DNA from: Eledone cirrhosa
Lineage: Eukaryota
Assembly (NCBI GenBank): GCA_964016885.1
Contig: OZ024743.1
Span: forward strand, 233,988,001-234,052,000
Direction: 5' to 3'
DNA length: 64,000 bases
Positions within the stretch are counted from its first letter, which is position 1; every line of letters starts with the position of its first letter. Made by a program: the position numbers and the translations under genes. This document shows positions 22,441 to 37,600 of the stretch, piece after piece. The notes under the pieces were generated by a model. That model made no database searches. It was not told where the DNA came from and worked only from the letters and a program-made list of their open reading frames with translations.

Positions 22441-25400
22441 GGCTGACTTTGTTGATGTTTAACACGGTTTGGTTCCACAGCCACAACTATTGATTTTAAG
22501 GAGATATCTTGCTGAAATTCACGCCACACATAGCCAATGAGTGTCTGCACAGGTACCAGTAATTACAGATCGATCCGACCACGGGCGGCCGGCCCGCTAT
22601 TGAAAAGGTAACTCCGCCGGCAAATCGTCATTTTTGGATTCGTTTTCTTCGAAGCACACCATTCGCCGGCGGACTTTGTTGACGTTTAACACGGTTTGGT
22701 TCCACAGCCACAACTATTGATTTTACGGAGATATCTTGCTGAAATTCACGCCACACATAGCCAATGAGTGTCTGCACATGTACCAGTAATTACAGATCGA
22801 TCCGACCACGGGCGGCCGGCCCGCGATTGAAAAGGTAACTCCGCCGGCAAATCGTCATTTTTGGATTCGTTTTCTTCGAAGCACACCATTCGCCGGCGGA
22901 CTTTGTTGACGTTTAACACGGTTTGGTTCCACAGCCACAACTATTGATTTTACGGAGATATCTTGCTGAAATTCACGCCACACATAGCCAATGAGTGTCT
23001 GCACATGTACCAGTAATTACAGATCGATCCGACCACGGGCGGTCGGTTTGCGATTGAAAAGGTAACTCCGCCGGCAAATCGTCATTTTTGGATTCGTTTT
23101 CTTCGAAGCACACCATTCGCCGGCTGACTTTGTTGACGTTTAACACGGTTTGGTTCCACAGCCACAACTATTGATTTTACGGAGATATCTTGCTGAAATT
23201 CACGCCACACATAGCCAATGAGTGTCTGCACATGTACCAGTAATTACAGATCGATCCGACCACGGGCGGTCGGTTTGCGATTGAAAAGGTAACTCCGCCG
23301 GCAAATCGTCATTTTTGGATTCGTTTTCTTCGAAGCACACCATTCGCCGGCGGACTTTGTTGACGTTTAACACGGTTTGGTTCCACAGCCACAACTATTG
23401 ATTTTACGGAGATATCTTGCTGAAATTCACGCCACACATAGCCAATGAGTGTCTGCACATGTATCAGTAATTACAGATCGATCCGACCACGGGCGGCCGG
23501 CCCGCGATTGAAAAGGTAACTCCGCCGGCAAATCGTCATTTTTGGATTCGTTTTCTTCGAAGCACACCATTCGCCGGCGGACTTTGTTGACGTTTAACAC
23601 GGTTTGGTTCCACAGCCACAACTATTGATTTTACGGAGATATCTTGCTGAAATTCACGCCACACATAGCCAATGAGTGTCTGCACATGTACCAGTAATTA
23701 CAGATCGATCCGACCACGGGCGGCCGGCCCGCGATTGAAAAGGTAACTCCGCCGGCAAATCGTCATTTTTGGATTCGTTTTCTTCGAAGCACACGATTCG
23801 CCGGCGGACTTTGTTGACGTTTAACACGGTTTGGTTCCACAGCCACAACTATTGATTTTACGGAGATATCTTGCTGAAATTCACGCCACACATAGCCAAT
23901 GAGTCTCTGCACATGTACCATTAATTACAGATCGATCCGACCACGGGCGGTCGGTTTGCGATTGAAAAGGTAACTCCGCCGGCAAATCGTCATTTTTGGA
24001 TTCGTTTTCTTCGAAGCACACCATTCGCCGGCGGACTTTGTTGACGTTTAACACGGTTTGGTTCCACAGCCACAACTATTGATTTTACGGAGATATCTTG
24101 CTGAAATTCACGCCACACATAGCCAATGAGTGTCTGCACATGTATCAGTAATTACAGATCGATCCGACCACGGGCGGCCGGCCCGCGATTGAAAAGGTAA
24201 CTCCGCCGGCAAATCGTCATTTTTGGATTCGTTTTCTTCGAAGCACACCATTCGCCGGCGGACTTTGTTGACGTTTAACACGGTTTGGTTCCACAGCCAC
24301 AACTATTGATTTTACGGAGATATCTTGCTGAAATTCACGCCACACATAGCCAATGAGTGTCTGCACATGTACAAGTAATTACAGATCGGTCCGACCACGG
24401 GCGGCCGGCCCGCGATTGAAAAGGTAACTCCGCCGGCAAATCGTCATTTTTGGATTCGTTTTCTTCGAAGCACACCATTCGCCGGCGGACTTTGTTGACG
24501 TTTAACACGGTTTGGTTCCACAGCCACAACTATTGATTTTACGGAGATATCTTGCTGAAATTCACGCCACACATAGCCAATGAGTGTCTGCACATGTACC
24601 AGTAATTACAGATCGATCCGACCACGGGCGGCCGGCCCGCGATTGAAAAGGTAACTCCGCCGGCAAATCGTCATTTTTGGATTCGTTTTCTTCGAAGCAC
24701 ACCATTCGCCGGCGGACTTTGTTGACGTTTAACACGGTTTGGTTCCACAGCCACAACTATTGATTTTACGGAGATATCTTGCTGAAATTCACGCCACACA
24801 TAGCCAATGAGTCTCTGCACATGTACCATTAATTACAGATCGATCCGACCACGGGCGGTCGGTTTGCGATTGAAAAGGTAACTCCGCCGGCAAATCGTCA
24901 TTTTTGGATTCGTTTTCTTCGAAGCACACCATTCGCCGGCTGACTTTGTTGACGTTTAACACGGTTTGGTTCCACAGCCACAACTATTGATTTTAAGGAG
25001 ATATCTTGCTGAAATTCACGCCACACATAGCCAATGAGTGTCTGCACAGGTACCAGTAATTACAGATCGATCCGACCACGGGCGGCCGGCCCGCGATTGA
25101 AAAGGTAACTCCGCCGGCAAATCGTCATTTTTGGATTCGTTTTCTTCGAAGCACACCATTCGCCGGCGGACTTTGTTGACGTTTAACACGGTTTGGTTCC
25201 ACAGCCACAACTATTGATTTTACGGAGATATCTTGCTGAAATTCACGCCACACATAGCCAATGAGTGTCTGCACATGTACAAGTAATTACAGATCGATCC
25301 GACCACGGGCGGCCGGCCCGCGATTGAAAAGGTAACTCCGCCGGCAAATCGTCATTTTTGGATTCGTTTTCTTCGAAGCACACCATTCGCCGGCTGACTT

Positions 25401-28400
25401 TGTTGACGTTTAACACGGTTTGGTTCCACAGCCACAACTATTGATTTTAAGGAGATATCTTGCTGAAATTCACGCCACACATAGCCAATGAGTGTCTGCA
25501 CATGTACCAGTAATTACAGATCGATCCGACCACGGGCGGTCGGTTTGCGATTGAAAAGGTAACTCCGCCGGCAAATCGTCATTTTTGGATTCGTTTTCTT
25601 CGAAGCACACCATTCGCCGGCGGACTTTGTTGACGTTTAACACGGTTTGGTTCCACAGCCACAACTATTGATTTTACGGAGATATCTTGCTGAAATTCAC
25701 GCCACACATAGCCAATGAGTGTCTGCACATGTACCAGTAATTACAGATCGATCCGACCACGGGCGGCCGGCCCGCGATTGAAAAGGTAACTCCGCCGGCA
25801 AATCGTCATTTTTGGATTCGTTTTCTTCGAAGCACACCATTCGCCGGCGGACTTTGTTGACGTTTAACACGGTTTGGTTCCACAGCCACAACTATTGATT
25901 TTAAGGAGATATCTTGCTGAAATTCACGCCACACATAGCCAATGAGTCTCTGCACATGTACCATTAATTACAGATCGATCCGACCACGGGCGGTCGGTTT
26001 GCGATTGAAAAGGTAACTCCGCCGGCAAATCGTCATTTTTGGATTCGTTTTCTTCGAAGCACACCATTCGCCGGCTGACTTTGTTGACGTTTAACACGGT
26101 TTGGTTCCACAGCCACAACTATTGATTTTAAGGAGATATCTTGCTGAAATTCACGCCACACATAGCCAATGAGTGTCTGCACAGGTACCAGTAATTACAG
26201 ATCGATCCGACCACGGGCGGCCGGCCCGCGATTGAAAAGGTAACTCCGCCGGCAAATCGTCATTTTTGGATTCGTTTTCTTCGAAGCACACCATTCGCCG
26301 GCGGACTTTGTTGACGTTTAACACGGTTTGGTTCCACAGCCACAACTATTGATTTTACGGAGATATCTTGCTGAAATTCACGCCACACATAGCCAATGAG
26401 TGTCTGCACATGTACCAGTAATTACAGATCGATCCGACCACGGGCGGCCGGCCCGCGATTGAAAAGGTAACTCCGCCGGCAAATCGTCATTTTTGGATTC
26501 GTTTTCTTCGAAGCACACCATTCGCCGGCGGACTTTGTTGACGTTTAACACGGTTTGGTTCCACAGCCACAACTATTGATTTTACGGAGATATCTTGCTG
26601 AAATTCACGCCACACATAGCCAATGAGTGTCTGCACATGTACCAGTAATTACAGATCGATCCGACCACGGGCGGCCGGCCCGCGATTGAAAAGGTAACTC
26701 CGCCGGCAAATCGTCATTTTTGGATTCGTTTTCTTCGAAGCACACCATTCGCCGGCGGACTTTGTTGACGTTTAACACGGTTTGGTTCCACAGCCACAAC
26801 TATTGATTTTACGGAGATATCTTGCTGAAATTCACGCCACACATAGCCAATGAGTCTCTGCACATGTACCATTAATTACAGATCGATCCGACCACGGGCG
26901 GTCGGTTTGCGATTGAAAAGGTAACTCCGCCGGCAAATCGTCATTTTTGGATTCGTTTTCTTCGAAGCACACCATTCGCCGGCTGACTTTGTTGACGTTT
27001 AACACGGTTTGGTTCCACAGCCACAACTATTGATTTTAAGGAGATATCTTGCTGAAATTCACGCCACACATAGCCAATGAGTGTCTGCACAGGTACCAGT
27101 AATTACAGATCGATCCGACCACGGGCGGCCGGCCCGCGATTGAAAAGGTAACTCCGCCGGCAAATCGTCATTTTTGGATTCGTTTTCTTCGAAGCACACC
27201 ATTCGCCGGCGGACTTTGTTGACGTTTAACACGGTTTGGTTCCACAGCCACAACTATTGATTTTACGGAGATATCTTGCTGAAATTCACGCCACACATAG
27301 CCAATGAGTGTCTGCACATGTACCAGTAATTACAGATCGATCCGACCACGGGCGGCCGGCCCGCGATTGAAAAGGTAACTCCGCCGGCAAATCGTCATTT
27401 TTGGATTCGTTTTCTTCGAAGCACACCATTCGCCGGCGGACTTTGTTGACGTTTAACACGGTTTGGTTCCACAGCCACAACTATTGATTTTACGGAGATA
27501 TCTTGCTGAAATTCACGCCACACATAGCCAATGAGTCTCTGCACATGTACCAGTAATTACAGATCGATCCGACCACGGGCGGTGGGTTTGCGATTGAAAA
27601 GGTAACTCCGCCGGCAAATCGTCATTTTTGGATTCGTTTTCTTCGAAGCACACCATTCGCCGGCTGACTTTGTTGACGTTTAACACGGTTTGGTTCCACA
27701 GCCACAACTATTGATTTTAAGGAGATATCTTGCTGAAATTCACGCCACACATAGCCAATGAGTGTCTGCACAGGTACCAGTAATTACAGATCGATCCGAC
27801 CACGGGCGGCCGGCCCGCGATTGAAAAGGTAACTCCGCCGGCAAATCGTCATTTTTGGATTCGTTTTCTTCGAAGCACACCATTCGCCGGCGGACTTTGT
27901 TGACGTTTAACACGGTTTGGTTCCACAGCCACAACTATTGATTTTACGGAGATATCTTGCTGAAATTCACGCCACACATAGCCAATGAGTCTCTGCACAT
28001 GTACCAGTAATTACAGATCGATCCGACCACGGGCGGTCGGTTTGCGATTGAAAAGGTAACTCCGCCGGCAAATCGTCATTTTTGGATTCGTTTTCTTCGA
28101 AGCACACCATTCGCCGGCGGACTTTGTTGACGTTTAAGACGGTTTGGTTCCACAGCCACAACTATTGATTTTACGGAGATATCTTCCTGAAATTCACGCC
28201 ACACATAGCCAATGAGTGTCTGCACATGTACCAGTAATTACAGATCGATCCGACCACGGACGGCCGGTTTGCGATTGAAAAGGTAACTCCGCCGGCAAAT
28301 CGTCATTTTTGGATTCGTTTTCTTCGAAGCACACCATTCGCCGGCGGACTTTGTTGACGTTTAACACGGTTTGGTTCCACAGCCACAACTATTGATTTTA

Positions 28401-31400
28401 CGGAGATATCTTGCTGAAATTCACGCCACACATAGCCAATGAGTGTCTGCACATGTACCAGTAATTACAGATCGATCCGACCACGGGCGGCCGGCCCGCG
28501 ATTGAAAAGGTAACTCCGCCGGCAAATCGTCATTTTTGGATTCGTTTTCTTCGAAGCACACCATTCGCCGGCGGACTTTGTTGACGTTTAACACGGTTTG
28601 GTTCCACAGCCACAACTATTGATTTTACGGAGATATCTTGCTGAAATTCACGCCACACATAGCCAATGAGTCTCTGCACATGTACCATTAATTACAGATC
28701 GATCCGACCACGGGCGGTCGGTTTGCGATTGAAAAGGTAACTCCGCCGGCAAATCGTCATTTTTGGATTCGTTTTCTTCGAAGCACACCATTCGCCGGCT
28801 GACTTTGTTGACGTTTAACACGGTTTGGTTCCACAGCCACAACTATTGATTTTAAGGAGATATCTTGCTGAAATTCACGCCACACATAGCCAATGAGTGT
28901 CTGCACAGGTACCAGTAATTACAGATCGATCCGACCACGGGCGGCCGGCCCGCGATTGAAAAGGTAACTCCGCCGGCAAATCGTCATTTTTGGATTCGTT
29001 TTCTTCGAAGCACACCATTCGCCGGCGGACTTTGTTGACGTTTAACACGGTTTGGTTCCACAGCCACAACTATTGATTTTACGGAGATATCTTGCTGAAA
29101 TTCACGCCACACATAGCCAATGAGTGTCTGCACATGTACCAGTAATTACAGATCGATCCGACCACGGGCGGCCGGCCCGCGATTGAAAAGGTAACTCCGC
29201 CGGCAAATCGTCATTTTTGGATTCGTTTTCTTCGAAGCACACCATTCGCCGGCGGACTTTGTTGACGTTTAACACGGTTTGGTTCCACAGCCACAACTAT
29301 TGATTTTACGGAGATATCTTGCTGAAATTCACGCCACACATAGCCAATGAGTGTCTGCACATGTACCAGTAATTACAGATCGATCCGACCACGGGCGGCC
29401 GGCCCGCGATTGAAAAGGTAACTCCGCCGGCAAATCGTCATTTTTGGATTCGTTTTCTTCGAAGCACACCATTCGCCGGCGGACTTTGTTGACGTTTAAC
29501 ACGGTTTGGTTCCACAGCCACAACTATTGATTTTACGGAGATATCTTGCTGAAATTCACGCCACACATAGCCAATGAGTCTCTGCACATGTACCAGTAAT
29601 TACAGATCGATCCGACCACGGGCGGTGGGTTTGCGATTGAAAAGGTAACTCCGCCGGCAAATCGTCATTTTTGGATTCGTTTTCTTCGAAGCACACCATT
29701 CGCCGGCTGACTTTGTTGACGTTTAACACGGTTTGGTTCCACAGCCACAACTATTGATTTTAAGGAGATATCTTGCTGAAATTCACGCCACACATAGCCA
29801 ATGAGTGTCTGCACAGGTACCAGTAATTACAGATCGATCCGACCACGGGCGGCCGGCCCGCGATTGAAAAGGTAACTCCGCCGGCAAATCGTCATTTTTG
29901 GATTCGTTTTCTTCGAAGCACACCATTCGCCGGCGGACTTTGTTGACGTTTAACACGGTTTGGTTCCACAGCCACAACTATTGATTTTACGGAGATATCT
30001 TCCTGAAATTCACGCCACACATAGCCAATGAGTGTCTGCACATGTACCAGTAATTACAGATCGATCCGACCACGGACGGCCGGTTTGCGATTGAAAAGGT
30101 AACTCCGCCGGCAAATCGTCATTTTTGGATTCGTTTTCTTCGAAGCACACCATTCGCCGGCGGACTTTGTTGACGTTTAACACGGTTTGGTTCCACAGCC
30201 ACAACTATTGATTTTACGGAGATATCTTGCTGAAATTCACGCCACACATAGCCAATGAGTGTCTGCACATGTACCAGTAATTACAGATCGATCCGACCAC
30301 GGGCGGCCGGCCCGCGATTGAAAAGGTAACTCCGCCGGCAAATCGTCATTTTTGGATTCGTTTTCTTCGAAGCACACCATTCGCCGGCGGACTTTGTTGA
30401 CGTTTAACACGGTTTGGTTCCACAGCCACAACTATTGATTTTACGGAGATATCTTGCTGAAATTCACGCCACACATAGCCAATGAGTGTCTGCACATGTA
30501 CCAGTAATTACAGATCGATCCGACCACGGGCGGCCGGCCCGCGATTGAAAAGGTAACTCCGCCGGCAAATCGTCATTTTTGGATTCGTTTTCTTCGAAGC
30601 ACACCATTCGCCGGCGGACTTTGTTGACGTTTAACACGGTTTGGTTCCACAGCCACAACTATTGATTTTACGGAGATATCTTGCTGAAATTCACGCCACA
30701 CATAGCCAATGAGTCTCTGCACATGTACCAGTAATTACAGATCGATCCGACCACGGGCGGTCGGTTTGCGATTGAAAAGGTAACTCCGCCGGCAAATCGT
30801 CATTTTTGGATTCGTTTTCTTCGAAGCACACCATTCGCCGGCGGACTTTGTTGACGTTTAACACGGTTTGGTTCCACAGCCACAACTATTGATTTTACGG
30901 AGATATCTTCCTGAAATTCACGCCACACATAGCCAATGAGTGTCTGCACATGTACCAGTAATTACAGATCGATCCGACCACGGGCGGCCGGCCCGCGATT
31001 GAAAAGGTAACTCCGCCGGCAAATCGTCATTTTTGGATTCGTTTTCTTCGAAGCACACCATTCGCCGGCGGACTTTGTTGACGTTTAACACGGTTTGGTT
31101 CCACAGCCACAACTATTGATTTTACGGAGATATCTTGCTGAAATTCACGCCACACATAGCCAATGAGTGTCTGCACATGTACCAGTAATTACAGATCGAT
31201 CCGACCACGGGCGGCCGGCCCGCGATTGAAAAGGTAACTCCGCCGGCAAATCGTCATTTTTGGATTCGTTTTCTTCGAAGCACACCATTCGCCGGCGGAC
31301 TTTGTTGACGTTTAACACGGTTTGGTTCCACAGCCACAACTATTGATTTTACGGAGATATCTTGCTGAAATTCACGCCACACATAGCCAATGAGTGTCTG

Positions 31401-31669
31401 CACATGTACCAGTAATTACAGATCGATCCGACCACGGGCGGCCGGCCCGCGATTGAAAAGGTAACTCCGCCGGCAAATCGTCATTTTTGGATTCGTTTTC
31501 TTCGAAGCACACCATTCGCCGGCGGACTTTGTTGACGTTTAACACGGTTTGGTTCCACAGCCACAACTATTGATTTTACGGAGATATCTTGCTGAAATTC
31601 ACGCCACACATAGCCAATGAGTCTCTGCACATGTACCAGTAATTACAGATCGATCCGACCACGGGCGGT

Positions 31670-34600
31670 CGGTTTGCGATTGAAAAGGTAACTCCGCCGG
31701 CAAATCGTCATTTTTGGATTCGTTTTCTTCGAAGCACACCATTCGCCGGCGGACTTTGTTGACGTTTAAGACGGTTTGGTTCCACAGCCACAACTATTGA
31801 TTTTACGGAGATATCTTCCTGAAATTCACGCCACACATAGCCAATGAGTGTCTGCACATGTACCAGTAATTACAGATCGATCCGACCACGGGCGGCCGGC
31901 CCGCGATTGAAAAGGTAACTCCGCCGGCAAATCGTCATTTTTGGATTCGTTTTCTTCGAAGCACACCATTCGCCGGCTGACTTTGTTGACGTTTAACACG
32001 GTTTGGTTCCACAGCCACAACTATTGATTTTACGGAGATATCTTGCTGAAATTCACGCCACACATAGCCAATGAGTGTCTGCACATGTACCAGTAATTAC
32101 AGATCGATCCGACCACGGGCGGCCGGCCCGCGATTGAAAAGGTAACTCCGCCGGCAAATCGTCATTTTTGGATTCGTTTTCTTCGAAGCACACCATTCGC
32201 CGGCGGACTTTGTTGACGTTTAACACGGTTTGGTTCCACAGCCACAACTATTGATTTTACGGAGATATCTTGCTGAAATTCACGCCACACATAGCCAATG
32301 AGTGTCTGCACATGTACCAGTAATTACAGATCGATCCGACCACGGGCGGTCGGTTTGCGATTGAAAAGGTAACTCCGCCGGCAAATCGTCATTTTTGGAT
32401 TCGTTTTCTTCGAAGCACACCATTCGCCGGCGGACTTTGTTGACGTTTAACACGGTTTGGTTCCACAGCCACAACTATTGATTTTACGGAGATATCTTGC
32501 TGAAATTCACGCCACACATAGCCAATGAGTGTCTGCACATGTATCAGTAATTACAGATCGATCCGACCACGGGCGGCCGGCCCGCGATTGAAAAGGTAAC
32601 TCCGCCGGCAAATCGTCATTTTTGGATTCGTTTTCTTCGAAGCACACCATTCGCCGGCGGACTTTGTTGACGTTTAACACGGTTTGGTTCCACAGCCACA
32701 ACTATTGATTTTACGGAGATATCTTGCTGAAATTCACGCCACACATAGCCAATGAGTGTCTGCACATGTACCAGTAATTACAGATCGATCCGACCACGGG
32801 CGGCCGGCCCGCGATTGAAAAGGTAACTCCGCCGGCAAATCGTCATTTTTGGATTCGTTTTCTTCGAAGCACACCATTCGCCGGCGGACTTTGTTGACGT
32901 TTAACACGGTTTGGTTCCACAGCCACAACTATTGATTTTACGGAGATATCTTGCTGAAATTCACGCCACACATAGCCAATGAGTCTCTGCACATGTACCA
33001 TTAATTACAGATCGATCCGACCACGGGCGGTCGGTTTGCGATTGAAAAGGTAACTCCGCCGGCAAATCGTCATTTTTGGATTCGTTTTCTTCGAAGCACA
33101 CCATTCGCCGGCTGACTTTGTTGACGTTTAACACGGTTTGGTTCCACAGCCACAACTATTGATTTTAAGGAGATATCTTGCTGAAATTCACGCCACACAT
33201 AGCCAATGAGTGTCTGCACAGGTACCAGTAATTACAGATCGATCCGACCACGGGCGGCCGGCCCGCGATTGAAAAGGTAACTCCGCCGGCAAATCGTCAT
33301 TTTTGGATTCGTTTTCTTCGAAGCACACCATTCGCCGGCGGACTTTGTTGACGTTTAACACGGTTTGGTTCCACAGCCACAACTATTGATTTTACGGAGA
33401 TATCTTGCTGAAATTCACGCCACACATAGCCAATGAGTGTCTGCACATGTACCAGTAATTACAGATCGATCCGACCACGGGCGGCCGGCCCGCGATTGAA
33501 AAGGTAACTCCGCCGGCAAATCGTCATTTTTGGATTCGTTTTCTTCGAAGCACACCATTCGCCGGCGGACTTTGTTGACGTTTAACACGGTTTGGTTCCA
33601 CAGCCACAACTATTGATTTTACGGAGATATCTTGCTGAAATTCACGCCACACATAGCCAATGAGTGTCTGCACATGTACCAGTAATTACAGATCGATCCG
33701 ACCACGGGCGGCCGGCCCGCGATTGAAAAGGTAACTCCGCCGGCAAATCGTCATTTTTGGATTCGTTTTCTTCGAAGCACACCATTCGCCGGCGGACTTT
33801 GTTGACGTTTAACACGGTTTGGTTCCACAGCCACAACTATTGATTTTACGGAGATATCTTGCTGAAATTCACGCCACACATAGCCAATGAGTCTCTGCAC
33901 ATGTACCAGTAATTACAGATCGATCCGACCACGGGCGGTGGGTTTGCGATTGAAAAGGTAACTCCGCCGGCAAATCGTCATTTTTGGATTCGTTTTCTTC
34001 GAAGCACACCATTCGCCGGCTGACTTTGTTGACGTTTAACACGGTTTGGTTCAACAGCCACAACTATTGATTTTAAGGAGATATCTTGCTGAAATTCACG
34101 CCACACATAGCCAATGAGTGTCTGCACAGGTACCAGTAATTACAGATCGATCCGACCACGGGCGGCCGGCCCGCGATTGAAAAGGTAACTCCGCCGGCAA
34201 ATCGTCATTTTTGGATTCGTTTTCTTCGAAGCACACCATTCGCCGGCGGACTTTGTTGACGTTTAACACGGTTTGGTTCCACAGCCACAACTATTGATTT
34301 TACGGAGATATCTTGCTGAAATTCACGCCACACATAGCCAATGAGTCTCTGCACATGTACCAGTAATTACAGATCGATCCGACCACGGGCGGTCGGTTTG
34401 CGATTGAAAAGGTAACTCCGCCGGCAAATCGTCATTTTTGGATTCGTTTTCTTCGAAGCACACCATTCGCCGGCGGACTTTGTTGACGTTTAAGACGGTT
34501 TGGTTCCACAGCCACAACTATTGATTTTACGGAGATATCTTCCTGAAATTCACGCCACACATAGCCAATGAGTGTCTGCACATGTACCAGTAATTACAGA

Positions 34601-37600
34601 TCGATCCGACCACGGACGGCCGGTTTGCGATTGAAAAGGTAACTCCGCCGGCAAATCGTCATTTTTGGATTCGTTTTCTTCGAAGCACACCATTCGCCGG
34701 CGGACTTTGTTGACGTTTAAGACGGTTTGGTTCCACAGCCACAACTATTGATTTTACGGAGATATCTTCCTGAAATTCACGCCACACATAGCCAATGAGT
34801 GTCTGCACATGTACCAGTAATTACAGATCGATCCGACCACGGGCGGCCGGCCCGCGATTGAAAAGGTAACTCCGCCGGCAAATCGTCATTTTTGGATTCG
34901 TTTTCTTCGAAGCACACCATTCGCCGGCTGACTTTGTTGACGTTTAACACGGTTTGGTTCCACAGCCACAACTATTGATTTTACGGAGATATCTTGCTGA
35001 AATTCACGCCACACATAGCCAATGAGTGTCTGCACATGTACCAGTAATTACAGATCGATCCGACCACGGGCGGCCGGCCCGCGATTGAAAAGGTAACTCC
35101 GCCGGCAAATCGTCATTTTTGGATTCGTTTTCTTCGAAGCACACCATTCGCCGGCGGACTTTGTTGACGTTTAACACGGTTTGGTTCCACAGCCACAACT
35201 ATTGATTTTACGGAGATATCTTGCTGAAATTCACGCCACACATAGCCAATGAGTGTCTGCACATGTACCAGTAATTACAGATCGATCCGACCACGGGCGG
35301 TCGGTTTGCGATTGAAAAGGTAACTCCGCCGGCAAATCGTCATTTTTGGATTCGTTTTCTTCGAAGCACACCATTCGCCGGCGGACTTTGTTGACGTTTA
35401 ACACGGTTTGGTTCCACAGCCACAACTATTGATTTTACGGAGATATCTTGCTGAAATTCACGCCACACATAGCCAATGAGTGTCTGCACATGTATCAGTA
35501 ATTACAGATCGATCCGACCACGGGCGGCCGGCCCGCGATTGAAAAGGTAACTCCGCCGGCAAATCGTCATTTTTGGATTCGTTTTCTTCGAAGCACACCA
35601 TTCGCCGGCGGACTTTGTTGACGTTTAACACGGTTTGGTTCCACAGCCACAACTATTGATTTTACGGAGATATCTTGCTGAAATTCACGCCACACATAGC
35701 CAATGAGTGTCTGCACATGTACCAGTAATTACAGATCGATCCGACCACGGGCGGCCGGCCCGCGATTGAAAAGGTAACTCCGCCGGCAAATCGTCATTTT
35801 TGGATTCGTTTTCTTCGAAGCACACCATTCGCCGGCGGACTTTGTTGACGTTTAACACGGTTTGGTTCCACAGCCACAACTATTGATTTTACGGAGATAT
35901 CTTGCTGAAATTCACGCCACACATAGCCAATGAGTCTCTGCACATGTACCATTAATTACAGATCGATCCGACCACGGGCGGTCGGTTTGCGATTGAAAAG
36001 GTAACTCCGCCGGCAAATCGTCATTTTTGGATTCGTTTTCTTCGAAGCACACCATTCGCCGGCGGACTTTGTTGACGTTTAAGACGGTTTGGTTCCACAG
36101 CCACAACTATTGATTTTACGGAGATATCTTCCTGAAATTCACGCCACACATAGCCAATGAGTGTCTGCACATGTACCAGTAATTACAGATCGATCCGACC
36201 ACGGACGGCCGGTTTGCGATTGAAAAGGTAACTCCGCCGGCAAATCGTCATTTTTGGATTCGTTTTCTTCGAAGCACACCATTCGCCGGCGGACTTTGTT
36301 GACGTTTAAGACGGTTTGGTTCCACAGCCACAACTATTGATTTTACGGAGATATCTTCCTGAAATTCACGCCACACATAGCCAATGAGTGTCTGCACATG
36401 TACCAGTAATTACAGATCGATCCGACCACGGGCGGCCGGCCCGCGATTGAAAAGGTAACTCCGCCGGCAAATCGTCATTTTTGGATTCGTTTTCTTCGAA
36501 GCACACCATTCGCCGGCTGACTTTGTTGACGTTTAACACGGTTTGGTTCCACAGCCACAACTATTGATTTTACGGAGATATCTTGCTGAAATTCACGCCA
36601 CACATAGCCAATGAGTGTCTGCACATGTACCAGTAATTACAGATCGATCCGACCACGGGCGGCCGGCCCGCGATTGAAAAGGTAACTCCGCCGGCAAATC
36701 GTCATTTTTGGATTCGTTTTCTTCGAAGCACACCATTCGCCGGCGGACTTTGTTGACGTTTAACACGGTTTGGTTCCACAGCCACAACTATTGATTTTAC
36801 GGAGATATCTTGCTGAAATTCACGCCACACATAGCCAATGAGTGTCTGCACATGTACCAGTAATTACAGATCGATCCGACCACGGGCGGTCGGTTTGCGA
36901 TTGAAAAGGTAACTCCGCCGGCAAATCGTCATTTTTGGATTCGTTTTCTTCGAAGCACACCATTCGCCGGCGGACTTTGTTGACGTTTAACACGGTTTGG
37001 TTCCACAGCCACAACTATTGATTTTACGGAGATATCTTGCTGAAATTCACGCCACACATAGCCAATGAGTGTCTGCACATGTATCAGTAATTACAGATCG
37101 ATCCGACCACGGGCGGCCGGCCCGCGATTGAAAAGGTAACTCCGCCGGCAAATCGTCATTTTTGGATTCGTTTTCTTCGAAGCACACCATTCGCCGGCGG
37201 ACTTTGTTGACGTTTAACACGGTTTGGTTCCACAGCCACAACTATTGATTTTACGGAGATATCTTGCTGAAATTCACGCCACACATAGCCAATGAGTCTC
37301 TGCACATGTACCATTAATTACAGATCGATCCGACCACGGGCGGTCGGTTTGCGATTGAAAAGGTAACTCCGCCGGCAAATCGTCATTTTTGGATTCGTTT
37401 TCTTCGAAGCACACCATTCGCCGGCGGACTTTGTTGACGTTTAAGACGGTTTGGTTCCACAGCCACAACTATTGATTTTACGGAGATATCTTCCTGAAAT
37501 TCACGCCACACATAGCCAATGAGTGTCTGCACATGTACCAGTAATTACAGATCGATCCGACCACGGACGGCCGGTTTGCGATTGAAAAGGTAACTCCGCC

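Noticed and set aside
3137-24389. Singleton substitutions at 3137, 23795 and 24389
   Set aside because: Each was seen once and may be a recent mutation or a consensus error, so none was treated as a feature.
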